A stretch of DNA of 64,000 nucleotides from an uncultured Methylomirabilota bacterium (GTDB lineage Bacteria > Methylomirabilota > Methylomirabilia > Methylomirabilales > 2-02-FULL-66-22). Within the stretch, counting starts at the first letter, position 1. Each line of letters opens with the position of its first letter. The DNA is taken from NCBI GenBank assembly GCA_963705305.1, contig OY970067.1, positions 1,888,001 to 1,952,000 of the forward strand, given 5' to 3'. Shown here piece by piece: positions 48,767 to 57,823 of this stretch. The position numbers and the translations under genes are program-made. Under the pieces are notes generated by a model that made no database searches, was not told the DNA's origin, and was given only the letters and a program-made list of their open reading frames with translations.

Positions 48767-49880
48767 TCACAGCGTCCGGCGGAAGAGGGCCGTCGCCAGG
48801 ACGAACATCAGGGCGGTGAACCCGACCAAGAAGACGAGATCCCCGGCGATCGCCGTGAGCGAGGTGTTCTTCAGCAGGAGGCTCTTGAAGGCGTCCACGG
48901 CGTACGTGAAGGGGTCGAAGGCGGAGAACGTCCGCATCCACTGGGGAAAGCCGTAGACGGGATAGACGGCCCCGCTGGGGAAGAAGAGCAGCGTGTTCAG
49001 CACGCCGAAGGTGGCGCGCGGCACCAGCGGGTCGTTCACGCGGACCATCATGAGGAACATCATGCTGATGAGCGCGAGGGCCGTGGCCGCGATCACCAGC
49101 ACGAGCTTGCACAATCGGAGAGGATCCAGGGCGTTGGGGATGCCCGCGATGAGCGAGCCCAGAGTGGTCAGCACGAGCCCCGCCAGGAAGGCCTTCAGCG
49201 CTCCGGACAGGGTGAAGCCGAGAATCAGCTCGAACTTCTTGATGGGGGTCACCAGGTAGCCCTCGTGGAGGCCGCGGGCCTTGTCGTCGATGTAGATGAT
49301 GCCTCCCCCGATCATGGCCGAGACGAAGATGGCCAGCACGATCGAGCCGGACAGCAGGTACTGGATGTACGGGACGTAGGGATAGATCTCCACCACGGAG
49401 AGGGTGGCGCCCGGGTTGACCCGCGGCTGGATGCCGCCGTGATTGAATGCATCCAGCAGATCGGTCAAGGCCGCCTGGAGCGCACTCACCGAGAAATTAT
49501 CCGTGTTGTCCTCGATCAGGGCGACCTGCGGCTCGTTCTGGCTGAGCACCCGCCGGGAGAACCGCGGGGGAATGTTCAGCACCGCATTGATCTTGCCATT
49601 CCGAAGATCCGTCATGGCCTGCCGCAGATCCGTGTAATCCACGGTCGTGAAGGTGCGGGCATTGGCGGCGATGGCCCCGAACATCTCGCGGAGCTTCACC
49701 GTCTGCAGCGCCCGGTCCTGGTCCACCAGACCGACCTCCAGATTCTGGATCTTCCCGCCGAAGGCGTAGCCCAGGATCACCAGCTGCACCAGCGGAAAGA
49801 ACATGGAGACCAGGATCAGGGTCGGGCTGCGCAGGAACTTGCGGAACGTCCCGCTCAATCAGGGCGAGCACTCGGTGCAT
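48767..49880 (-). CDS. ABC-2 type permease with a +1 frameshift near 49845
   Basis: MHRVLALIERDV joins RKFLRSP… after removing one base; ABC-2 C-terminus FFPSGAVYP…DPFTYAVD. Confidence 0.82.
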
Positions 49881-49892
49881 GGAACGGCTTCC

Positions 49893-50882
49893 TCATTGCG
49901 ATCGGTACATGAAGCTGGGATCGTAACTCAGGGCATCCTGCAGCGCGTCCCGCAGCTGGCGGCCCGTGAAGTGCACGAACACGTCGTCCAGGGTGGTGCT
50001 CTGGACGGAGAGCGAGGTGATCGACAGCCCAGCCTGGCGGGCGGCCGCCAGCAGCTCCAGGGTGGTGCGGGGTCCGTTGTCGGAGCTGATGCGGAAGACG
50101 TGCCCGTCCGCCTTCACGTCCTGGGTGTCCGCCAGCCCCCGCAGAACATCTCCCCACCCGTCCGGGACCTGCGAGAAGCTCACCTCCAGGATGGTGCTGC
50201 CGGGAATGGAGGCCTTCAGCCGCAGGGGCGAATCCAGCGCCACCAGCTTTCCGTGGTCGACGATGGCGATGCGGTCGCAGAGCTTGTCGGCCTCGTCCAT
50301 GTAGTGGGTGGTCAGAAGAATGGTGAGGTCGCGCTCCTTCTTCAGGGAGGTGATCATCTCCCACACCGCCACGCGCGAGGCGGGATCCAGGCCGGTGCTG
50401 GGCTCATCCAGAAAGAAGGTCTTCGGCTCGTGGACCAGGCCGCGGGCGATCTCCAGCCGCCGGCGCATCCCCCCGGACAGGTTCTTCACCGGCTTGTCCT
50501 TCCAGGGCAGCAGGTCGACGACCCCCAGCAGGTGATCGATCACCCGGCTGCGCCTCTCCCGCGGCACGCCGTACAGCTTGGCAAAGATGAGCATGTTCTC
50601 CGCGGCGGTCAAATCCAGATCCGAGGTCATGGCCTGGGGGATCACGCCGATGGAGGTGCGCACCTGATCCGCCTCCGCCACCACGTCGAACCCGTTGACG
50701 CGCGCCGTGCCGGCCGTGGGGGGGAGGAGCGTGGTCAGCATGCGGATGAGCGTGGACTTCCCCGCGCCGTTGGGGCCCAGCAGGCCGAAGATCTCTCCCT
50801 CCTCGACCGCGAAACTCAGGTCGTCGACGGCGCAGAAAGAATTAAAGCTCTTTCGGATTCGGTTGACTTCGATGGCCGGCAT
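49893..50882 (-). CDS. ABC efflux ATPase (DrrA/NodI-like)
   Basis: GPNGAGKST, LSGGMRRR, LDEPSTGLD, TTHYM. Confidence 0.93.
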   Translation of the reverse strand: MPAIEVNRIRKSFNSFCAVDDLSFAVEEGEIFGLLGPNGAGKSTLIRMLTTLLPPTAGTARVNGFDVVAEADQVRTSIGVIPQAMTSDLDLTAAENMLIFAKLYGVPRERRSRVIDHLLGVVDLLPWKDKPVKNLSGGMRRRLEIARGLVHEPKTFFLDEPSTGLDPASRVAVWEMITSLKKERDLTILLTTHYMDEADKLCDRIAIVDHGKLVALDSPLRLKASIPGSTILEVSFSQVPDGWGDVLRGLADTQDVKADGHVFRISSDNGPRTTLELLAAARQAGLSITSLSVQSTTLDDVFVHFTGRQLRDALQDALSYDPSFMYRSQ

Positions 50883-50935
50883 ATGGGGTCGCCTTGCGCC
50901 TCCCGCCGCAGACAGCGGTCCGGGCACGGCGGTGA

Positions 50936-51991
50936 TCAGCGCACGTCCTGCGGGGGGAGCAGTACATACGCGGTCAGGCCGGGCCAGATCCGGCGATCGC
51001 TGTTGTCCACCCGGAGGCGGATTTCGAAGGTCTTGATGTCCCGCTTGGTCTGGCTGACGTCGCGCTGGGTAGCGTAGTCGGCATCCACGCCGCGGAAGTA
51101 GACGGCCCCCTCCTTCTCCAGACCCGAGGGGAGCCGCACCCGGAAATGGTCGCCGAGCCGGATCCGGTCGATGTACGTCTCCTCCACGTCGGCGCGAATC
51201 CAGAGGTTGTCGGGATCGATCAGCGAGAGGATCGGCTGGCCCACATTGACCACCTCGCCCTGCCGCGCGGCGTCCAGCGCGACGACCGCCGGGATCGGCG
51301 CCCGGATCTCGGTGTAGTCCAGCCGGACATTCGCCTTCTGTCTCTGCGCTCCGGCGGCGGCCCGCTGGTGGCGCATGGCCTCCAGCTCGTCCCGCCGGAT
51401 CTGGATCTGCTCCTCCGTGGACTGGGCCAGGGCGAGGGCCGCGCGCTGGGCCTCTACCTGCTTCTGCAGCGACTCCACGCGGGCCTGCTGTCCCTGGAGG
51501 GTCGTGCGGGCCTGGTCCATCTGCTGCGCCGCGATGGCGCCCTCCCGGAAGAGCTCCTGCATGCGCCTGTGGTCGAGCCGGGCCTGCTCCAGATCCGCCG
51601 CGGCCTGGGTCACCTGGGCCTGGGCCGCGGCCAGGGCCGCCTCCGCCTGGCGAATCTGATCCCGCGTCTGCGCCTCCTGGTAGCGCAGGGTCGTCACGGC
51701 CTGGGTCACCTGCGCCGTGGCGCTCTGCTCGGTGTGGGCGTAGTAGGCCCGGTCGGCCGCCAGCTCCTGCGGCTGGATCACGGCGAGCAGCTGGCCGGCC
51801 CGCACCGTGTCTCCCTCCTTCACCAGCAGGCGGGCGAGCTGGCCCTGGATCTGGGAGCTCACCACCACATCATCCGTCGTAACGATCCCCGTGAGGACCA
51901 TCTCCCGCGGGCGCAGGAGGGCCTGGGAGTACATGAGGCCGCCGGCCACCGCGGCCAGGATCACCAGGGCCAGCAGGATCTTGCGTCGCAT
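50936..51991 (-). CDS. HlyD family efflux periplasmic adaptor
   Basis: N-terminal TM helix, VKEGDTV, long coiled coil, IRAPI, GEVV. Confidence 0.9.
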   Translation of the reverse strand: MRRKILLALVILAAVAGGLMYSQALLRPREMVLTGIVTTDDVVVSSQIQGQLARLLVKEGDTVRAGQLLAVIQPQELAADRAYYAHTEQSATAQVTQAVTTLRYQEAQTRDQIRQAEAALAAAQAQVTQAAADLEQARLDHRRMQELFREGAIAAQQMDQARTTLQGQQARVESLQKQVEAQRAALALAQSTEEQIQIRRDELEAMRHQRAAAGAQRQKANVRLDYTEIRAPIPAVVALDAARQGEVVNVGQPILSLIDPDNLWIRADVEETYIDRIRLGDHFRVRLPSGLEKEGAVYFRGVDADYATQRDVSQTKRDIKTFEIRLRVDNSDRRIWPGLTAYVLLPPQDVR

Positions 51992-52626
51992 CAGGCGGTT
52001 GTCTCCGGATCGGTCAAGAGGGCGTAGCGGACGAACTGCACCACCTCCGCTTTGCGCCGCCGCAGGTTGGTCCGGCTGAAGAGGTTCTGTCCGCTCACCA
52101 GGCGAATGACGGGTGCGGCATTGAAATAGAAGACCGTCAGGGCCACCAGGGAGATCGCCGTATGGTCCACCTGGAACGGCCGGAACTCACCGGCCTGGAT
52201 GCCCCGGCGTAGCAGCGCCCCGAGCGCGCGGGCCACGGGGAGCATCCGCTCCGTCACCAGCCGGTCGCCCCCTCGCCCGCCCGCCAGCATCAGGCGCTGG
52301 AACAGGCGCGGGTAATGGGGGTGCGCGCCGATGAAGTCGAAATGGGCGCGGACGTACTCGAGGAGGATGGGCGCGGCCGGGCCGTCCTGCGAAAGGATCT
52401 CGATGGCCTTGCGCTGGAAGCCCTGCATGTGCTCGTCCAGGACCGCGTGGTAGATGTCCTCCTTGCTCTTGAAGTAGTAGTAGAGCAGCGCCTTGTTGAC
52501 GCCGGCCTCGGCCGCGATGGCGTCCGTCCGCGCCCCCGACAGGCCCTGCTCGGCGAAGATCCGCCCCGCGGCCTCCAGGATCATGGCCCGCGAGTCCCCG
52601 CCGCCCCGCTGGATGTGATTGCCCAT
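51991..52626 (-). CDS. TetR/AcrR family transcriptional regulator
   Basis: ILEAAGRIFAEQG…IAAEAGVNKALLYYYFKSKE HTH. Confidence 0.93.
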   Translation of the reverse strand: MGNHIQRGGGDSRAMILEAAGRIFAEQGLSGARTDAIAAEAGVNKALLYYYFKSKEDIYHAVLDEHMQGFQRKAIEILSQDGPAAPILLEYVRAHFDFIGAHPHYPRLFQRLMLAGGRGGDRLVTERMLPVARALGALLRRGIQAGEFRPFQVDHTAISLVALTVFYFNAAPVIRLVSGQNLFSRTNLRRRKAEVVQFVRYALLTDPETTA

Positions 52627-52654
52627 GCCGACCACCGCACCGGGATGAATTGAC

Positions 52655-52691
52655 TAACTAGATAGTTAAATGATTGGACGGGTTCTGTCAA
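52655..52691 (-). promoter_or_regulatory. Promoter and putative TetR operator
   Basis: Minus strand TTGACA at 52691-52686; palindrome TAACTA-GA-TAGTTA (52655-52668) overlaps the -10 region. Confidence 0.65.
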
Positions 52692-52829
52692 CGGAAAGTT
52701 GCGGGTGGGCCGGATCAACGGCCGGCGCGGGGTCCGCGCGGCTCCCGGGGACCCGGGGGGCTCCCCCCGATCGATCGGCCGGCGGGCGGGTGGACGGAGG
52801 AGGCGGCCGGCGGAGGGTTGGACCGCCGA

Positions 52830-54470
52830 TCAGGCGCAGGCTGCCAGGGCCGTCTCCAGCTCCCCGAAACCGTCCAGGGACTCCAGGGTCGCTTCGCCGA
52901 TTCCCCGGAGCAGGACGAACCGGATCTGGCCGCTCTGGATCTTTTTGTCATACCGGACGAACCGGGTAACCTCCACGGCATCCATGGGGAGTGTCACCGG
53001 GAGGCCGAAGGCTTGCAGGAGCCGCTTCAGGCGGGTGAGGTCGTCCTCGCTGCAGAGCCGGCGGTGGGCCGAGAGGGTCGCGGCCACCGCCATGCCGATC
53101 GACACGGCCTCCCCGTGATTGGGGCCGTGGTACCCGGTGGCGGCCTCCAGGGCATGGCCCACCGTGTGGCCGAAGTTCAGCAGGGCCCGCACGCCGGTAT
53201 CCCATTCGTCCGCCTCCACCAGGTTGGCCTTGATCTCGCAGGCCTGGCGGACGAGGCGCGCCAGGACCCGGAGGTCGCGCGAGAGCACCTCCTCCACATT
53301 CCCCTCGAGGTACTCGAAGAGCTCCCGATCCCGGATCACCGCAACCTTCACCACCTCTGCCAGGCCGGCCCGGAACTCGCGGTCTTCCAGGGCGGTGAGG
53401 GTCTCCACGTCGCTGACCACCAGGCGCGGCTGATGGAAGGTCCCCACGAGGTTCTTTCCCTCCGGCAGGTTGACCCCCACCTTGCCCCCGATGCTGGTGT
53501 CGACCTGGGCGATCAGCGACGTGGGAAGATGGATCAGCGGGAGACCCCGGAGGTACGTGGCGGCGGCGTATCCGGCGATCTCCTCGATGACGACGCCCCC
53601 CAGGGCGAAGACGGGCGACCGGCGCTCCAGCCGGAGCTTGGCCATCTGCCGGTACAGCCAGCTGAGCTGCTCGAGCCCCTTGTCCTTCTCCTGCTCCGGG
53701 ATCTCGAGGCAGGTGACGACGCACCGGCTCTCATCGAGGACGCGCGCCAGGCGCAGGCCGAAGCGCTGGTTGTCCTTGGGATTGGTGATCAGCACGCCGG
53801 TCCCGGCGAGGTCGAGGCCCTGAATCAACCGCCCCACCTCGCCCAGGATGTTCGGGCCGATGATGACCTCGTGGGACCGGGGCCCCAGGGCCAGACGGAA
53901 GCCCTCGGCCGCGGCCGGCAGCGCCATCGCCGGTCCGCGGGGAGCCACGTGGTGCAGGTCCAGGAAATCCAGGATGTGCTTCACCACCTGGTCGATCGTC
54001 TGCGCGGAGGCGTCCACGATGAGGTCGGCCCTGGCGTAGACCGCTGCACGCTGCTCTAGAAGCGTCTGGATGCGCCCCAGCGTGTCCCCGCCCCAGAGCA
54101 TGGGTCGATCGTCGACCGAGCCGATGCGGGCCAGGATGGTTTTGGGGTCGGCGGTCAGCGTGATGACCAGGCCGTCCCGCTTCAGCGCCTCCAGATTGTG
54201 CGGGTTCACGATCGTCCCGCCCCCGGTGGCCACCACGCAGCCCGTCCGGTTCGCCACGTGCTCGACCATGCGGGTCTCCAGGGCACGAAAGGCGGACTCG
54301 CCCTGGGTCGCGAAGATCTGCGAGATGGGCATCCTGGCCTCGGCGGCGATCAGCGTGTCGAGGTCAAGAAAGTCGTACCCCAGCCGGATGGCCAGGCGCC
54401 GGCCCACCGAGGACTTGCCGGTGGCCATGAAACCCGCGAGGATAATATTTTGTCTGCCAGCCTGTGTCAT
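52830..54470 (-). CDS. aroKB: Bifunctional shikimate kinase / 3-dehydroquinate synthase
   Basis: AroK: GFMATGKS, FRALE, ATGGG, RPML. AroB: TYLRG, QVD.SIGGK, GKNLVG, LNFGHT, HGEAV. Confidence 0.88.
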   Translation of the reverse strand: MTQAGRQNIILAGFMATGKSSVGRRLAIRLGYDFLDLDTLIAAEARMPISQIFATQGESAFRALETRMVEHVANRTGCVVATGGGTIVNPHNLEALKRDGLVITLTADPKTILARIGSVDDRPMLWGGDTLGRIQTLLEQRAAVYARADLIVDASAQTIDQVVKHILDFLDLHHVAPRGPAMALPAAAEGFRLALGPRSHEVIIGPNILGEVGRLIQGLDLAGTGVLITNPKDNQRFGLRLARVLDESRCVVTCLEIPEQEKDKGLEQLSWLYRQMAKLRLERRSPVFALGGVVIEEIAGYAAATYLRGLPLIHLPTSLIAQVDTSIGGKVGVNLPEGKNLVGTFHQPRLVVSDVETLTALEDREFRAGLAEVVKVAVIRDRELFEYLEGNVEEVLSRDLRVLARLVRQACEIKANLVEADEWDTGVRALLNFGHTVGHALEAATGYHGPNHGEAVSIGMAVAATLSAHRRLCSEDDLTRLKRLLQAFGLPVTLPMDAVEVTRFVRYDKKIQSGQIRFVLLRGIGEATLESLDGFGELETALAACA

Positions 54471-54510
54471 ATCTGCTTCCGTGAGGTCGGCGGGAAGTAC
54501 GTAGATCTCG

Positions 54511-54635
54511 TTCCGAAGATATCTCACCACCAAGGCGCCAGAAATACCATGGCTGAAATGGGCGGATTACCGAGGGGCTGGAGCCGCGTCAAGTCCCCAC
54601 CAGGAATGCTGGAGGGGAATCCTGGTGTCATGGCG
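54511..54635. repeat. Palindromic intergenic repeat, degenerate copy 3
   Basis: TTCCGAAGATATCTCACCACCAAGGCGCCAG…CTGGTGTCATGGCG with an unrelated spacer. Confidence 0.6.
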
Positions 54636-55016
54636 CTCGATGATCTTTCTGGACTCTGAATAGGATGTACCTTAGGGCATCGGAAGCGACCAGTCAAGCG
54701 GAAGCGCAATGCCCCCCGCCGACTTGAGCCGGGGCTCGCGCACCCGTTCAGGATGACCGGCAAAGGCATCGTTCGTGGGAGAGAACTTCCTCCTCCCGCG
54801 CATGCCGGTTGGGTGATCCCTGTTCCCTGGCTGAATGGCGCCTTGACCAGATCGCCCATCTCTGCGAGGCCGAATTCCCCCACCCCCGAGGTCGCCGGGC
54901 CGGGACCGCCGAGCCCCAGGCCCGGCCTGCCAGCCGGATCCAACCCCTCCGCATACCCCCAGCAACAGGGCAGGTCTCGCGGGACTCCCGGCGACCTTGG
55001 CCGGCGGTGAGTATCC

Positions 55017-56003
55017 TTAAGGAATGCTGATGACGGTCTTGACGCGGCGAGGAGAGCGAAAGTCTGCCAGAGCTTGGCCGACCTCATCGAGGGGCCTCAC
55101 CTCCGTCAGGAGCGGAGTGACACGGATCTTTCCCTCCTTCAGAAGGTCGAGGACCGCCGGAAACTCGTCCGTGTAGATCATGGAGCCCAAGATGTTGAGC
55201 TCCTTCCGGGTGATCAGCGCCGAGGGCACGGAGGACTCCTTGTCGGGGAGCCCGGTGAGCACCACCCGGCCCCCAGGGGCGCTGAGCGCGACGATCTGGC
55301 CCGGCGCCTCGGGAACACCGCTGGTTTCATAGACGATTGAGAACGAGTCTGCATTATCTTGCAGTTCCGAGGTTGAGGCGAGTAGGGGCCTCGCTCCCAA
55401 TTCCGCGGCGAGGGCCAGCCGGGGCTCGGCGACGTCCAGGGCCGACACGTCCGCACCGGCCAGAGCGCACAACTGCACAAACAGAAGTCCAATTGCACCG
55501 GCCCCATAAACGAGGACCTTTTCCCTGAGATGAGGGAGGGCTGCGCGAAAACCATGAAAGGCTACGGCCAGCGGCTCTGCGAAGACGGCCGTCTCGTAGG
55601 GAAGTCCCTCGGGAAGGGCCCACACGAAGCTCTCCGGGGCGGCGACGTACTCGGCGAACACACCGTGGACGTCCAAGCCCAGCCGTACCTTGTGGCGGCA
55701 GATGTTGATCCGGCCGCTTCGGCACATGTCGCAGGCCCCGCACGCGAAATTCGGCTGCAGGACGACCCGCTCGCCGATGTGGAAACGGGACGCCCCGGGG
55801 CCCAGCGCCGCAACGTCCCCCACCGCCTCGTGGCCCAGGACGAGCGGGAGCGGTCCGCGGAGCGATCCAGAATATGCGGCATAGTCGGTGCCGCATATCC
55901 CCGCCTGCCGGAGGCGGACCAAGACTTCCTTCGGTTGCGGGTCAGGGGCGGGGATATCCGCCATTTCTATCTTGCCGGGTGCAACAAGAACCGCCGCCTT
56001 CAT
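55017..56003 (-). CDS. Zn-dependent alcohol/sugar dehydrogenase
   Basis: GICGTD, GHEAVG, CGACDMC…C, GAGAIG; GGAGG RBS. Confidence 0.9.
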   Translation of the reverse strand: MKAAVLVAPGKIEMADIPAPDPQPKEVLVRLRQAGICGTDYAAYSGSLRGPLPLVLGHEAVGDVAALGPGASRFHIGERVVLQPNFACGACDMCRSGRINICRHKVRLGLDVHGVFAEYVAAPESFVWALPEGLPYETAVFAEPLAVAFHGFRAALPHLREKVLVYGAGAIGLLFVQLCALAGADVSALDVAEPRLALAAELGARPLLASTSELQDNADSFSIVYETSGVPEAPGQIVALSAPGGRVVLTGLPDKESSVPSALITRKELNILGSMIYTDEFPAVLDLLKEGKIRVTPLLTEVRPLDEVGQALADFRSPRRVKTVISIP

Positions 56004-56103
56004 TTTTCCTCCGCCCTGGGTCCTGACTGGTTTCCCTCGAGGGATTGTGGGAGAAATGGAGGGATGAGAATCCCTTGACAGCATCCTTGAACCTATGCTA
56101 CCG

Positions 56104-56121
56104 ATATTTCCGAAATATTTC
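56104..56121. promoter_or_regulatory. Putative GntR operator in a divergent promoter region
   Basis: Overlapping palindromes ATATTTC-C-GAAATAT and GAAATATTTC; TTGACA at 56075. Confidence 0.45.
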
Positions 56122-56160
56122 AAAGGAATTTGTGTGAAAATCTACGCAGGTTGAGAAGAA

Positions 56161-56802
56161 ATGAGAGATTTCAAGAGCAAGAAGCTGCGTGTCTATGAGA
56201 CGCTGAAACAGCGGATCATCAACCATGCTCTGCCGCCCGGCGAACCGATCAACGAAGCGATCCTGTCCAGAGACCTCAAGATAAGCAAGACGCCCATCCG
56301 CGAGGCCCTTCAGCAATTAGAGAAAGAGGGGTTTGTTGAGAATTTCCCTGGAAGGGGCAATTTCGTGTCCCGCATCTCCCTCCAGGATCTCCGGGAAACC
56401 TTCGAGATCCGAGAGATCCTGGAGTGCGAAGCAGGCAAGCGGGCGGCGCTCAAGCATGACCCCGGGAAACTAGAGGCGATCCGCAAGGCATTCGAGTCCG
56501 GGCAGGAGTCGCCCCCGGGAAGACTGCCCAGCCATTTCCGCTCGGGCGACCAGATCCACGCCTTCATCTTCGAGTCGCTGGGGAATCAGCGTCTGCAGGA
56601 GTTCTACCGACGGCTCTTGGATCACATCGTGCGGCATCGCATTCACTTCTTCAGCAATTCCCATGTCGGGCGGTCGGAGGCTTCGTACCAGGAGCACCTC
56701 GAGATCCTCGACGCCCTGGCCGCGCGGGACCCGGCCCGCTGCGAGCAGGCCATCAAGATGCATCTCAGGAATTCCCTCGACTACATCAAAAATATCATTT
56801 GA
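56161..56802 (+). CDS. GntR family regulator (FCD domain)
   Basis: VYETLKQRII…ISKTPIREALQQLEKEG; EHLEILDAL. Confidence 0.93.
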   Translation: MRDFKSKKLRVYETLKQRIINHALPPGEPINEAILSRDLKISKTPIREALQQLEKEGFVENFPGRGNFVSRISLQDLRETFEIREILECEAGKRAALKHDPGKLEAIRKAFESGQESPPGRLPSHFRSGDQIHAFIFESLGNQRLQEFYRRLLDHIVRHRIHFFSNSHVGRSEASYQEHLEILDALAARDPARCEQAIKMHLRNSLDYIKNII

Positions 56803-56943
56803 GGTAAAAGGATCTCGAGAACTGACAGTAAGCCCTCCAACATCACTTGTGCCCCACCGAACACCGGAGAAGGGCAACCCGGCGGGGCGATCATCCATCC
56901 GTGCGATGCCGCGCTGTTCGGCCTCTTCCTTGGAGTGGCGTGA

Positions 56944-57690
56944 ATGGAACTGGAAGGGCTCGTGGCGATAATCACAGGATCGGGAAAGGGGATAGGCAAA
57001 GGCATTGCCGACGCATTCTTCCGGGAAGGCGCTCGGGTCGCCCTGTGGGATACGGACCTCGGATTGGTGAGACAGACGCGGACGGAACTCGATGCGTCAG
57101 GGCAGCGGACCCTTGCCGCAGGGGTCGACATCACGAGCGAGGCAGACGTTGGCCGGGCGGTCTCGCAAACGGGAGACAGATTCGGACGAATAGATGTCCT
57201 GGTCAACAACGCGGGGATTTCCCGTCATCGGCCGATTGAAGACATGACCGTCGAAATGTTCGAATCCGTGATGAGGGTCAACGTCACGGGGACGTTCATC
57301 TGTTGCCGGGCGGTCACCCCGATCATGAAGCGACAGAACAGGGGAAAGATCGTCAACATCTCCTCCCTGGGGGGTCGGACCGGCCGGCCGGGAGTTGCCG
57401 TCAACTATGCGGCGTCGAAGGCGGCCGTCATCGGCCTCACACAGACCCTGGCGAAGGAGCTTGGGCCTTCTGGCATATGGGTGAACGCCATCGCTCCCGG
57501 TCCGATCCTGACGGAGCAAACACGGCAGTACGTTCCCGAGCCGTTCGCCTCGTGGAACGTCGGTCGTGCGATTCTGAAGGACGGGTTGGCGGAGGATGTG
57601 GCCGGCGCCGCGGTCTATCTGGCATCGAGACGGTCGGATTGGGTGACCGGTGTAACCCTTGATGTGAACGGAGGGATCCTGATCCGCTGA
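56944..57690 (+). CDS. SDR family oxidoreductase
   Basis: TGSGKGIG, NNAG, YAASK. Confidence 0.92.
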   Translation: MELEGLVAIITGSGKGIGKGIADAFFREGARVALWDTDLGLVRQTRTELDASGQRTLAAGVDITSEADVGRAVSQTGDRFGRIDVLVNNAGISRHRPIEDMTVEMFESVMRVNVTGTFICCRAVTPIMKRQNRGKIVNISSLGGRTGRPGVAVNYAASKAAVIGLTQTLAKELGPSGIWVNAIAPGPILTEQTRQYVPEPFASWNVGRAILKDGLAEDVAGAAVYLASRRSDWVTGVTLDVNGGILIR

Positions 57691-57823
57691 TAGAGGGTTC
57701 CTGCTGCCTTCTTTGGTCTGAAAGCAAGAGGTGGCGCCAGCCACCTCGATCGGCGTCAGAGGCGCCCCAAACGGAACGCGCGCACGGGCCGAGGTCGGCA
57801 ATCGGGCAGCGAATGAGGCGAGG

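Noticed and set aside
54640..55016. Unexplained intergenic stretch between aroKB and the dehydrogenase
   Set aside because: No recognisable protein remnant, RNA motif or repeat by eye
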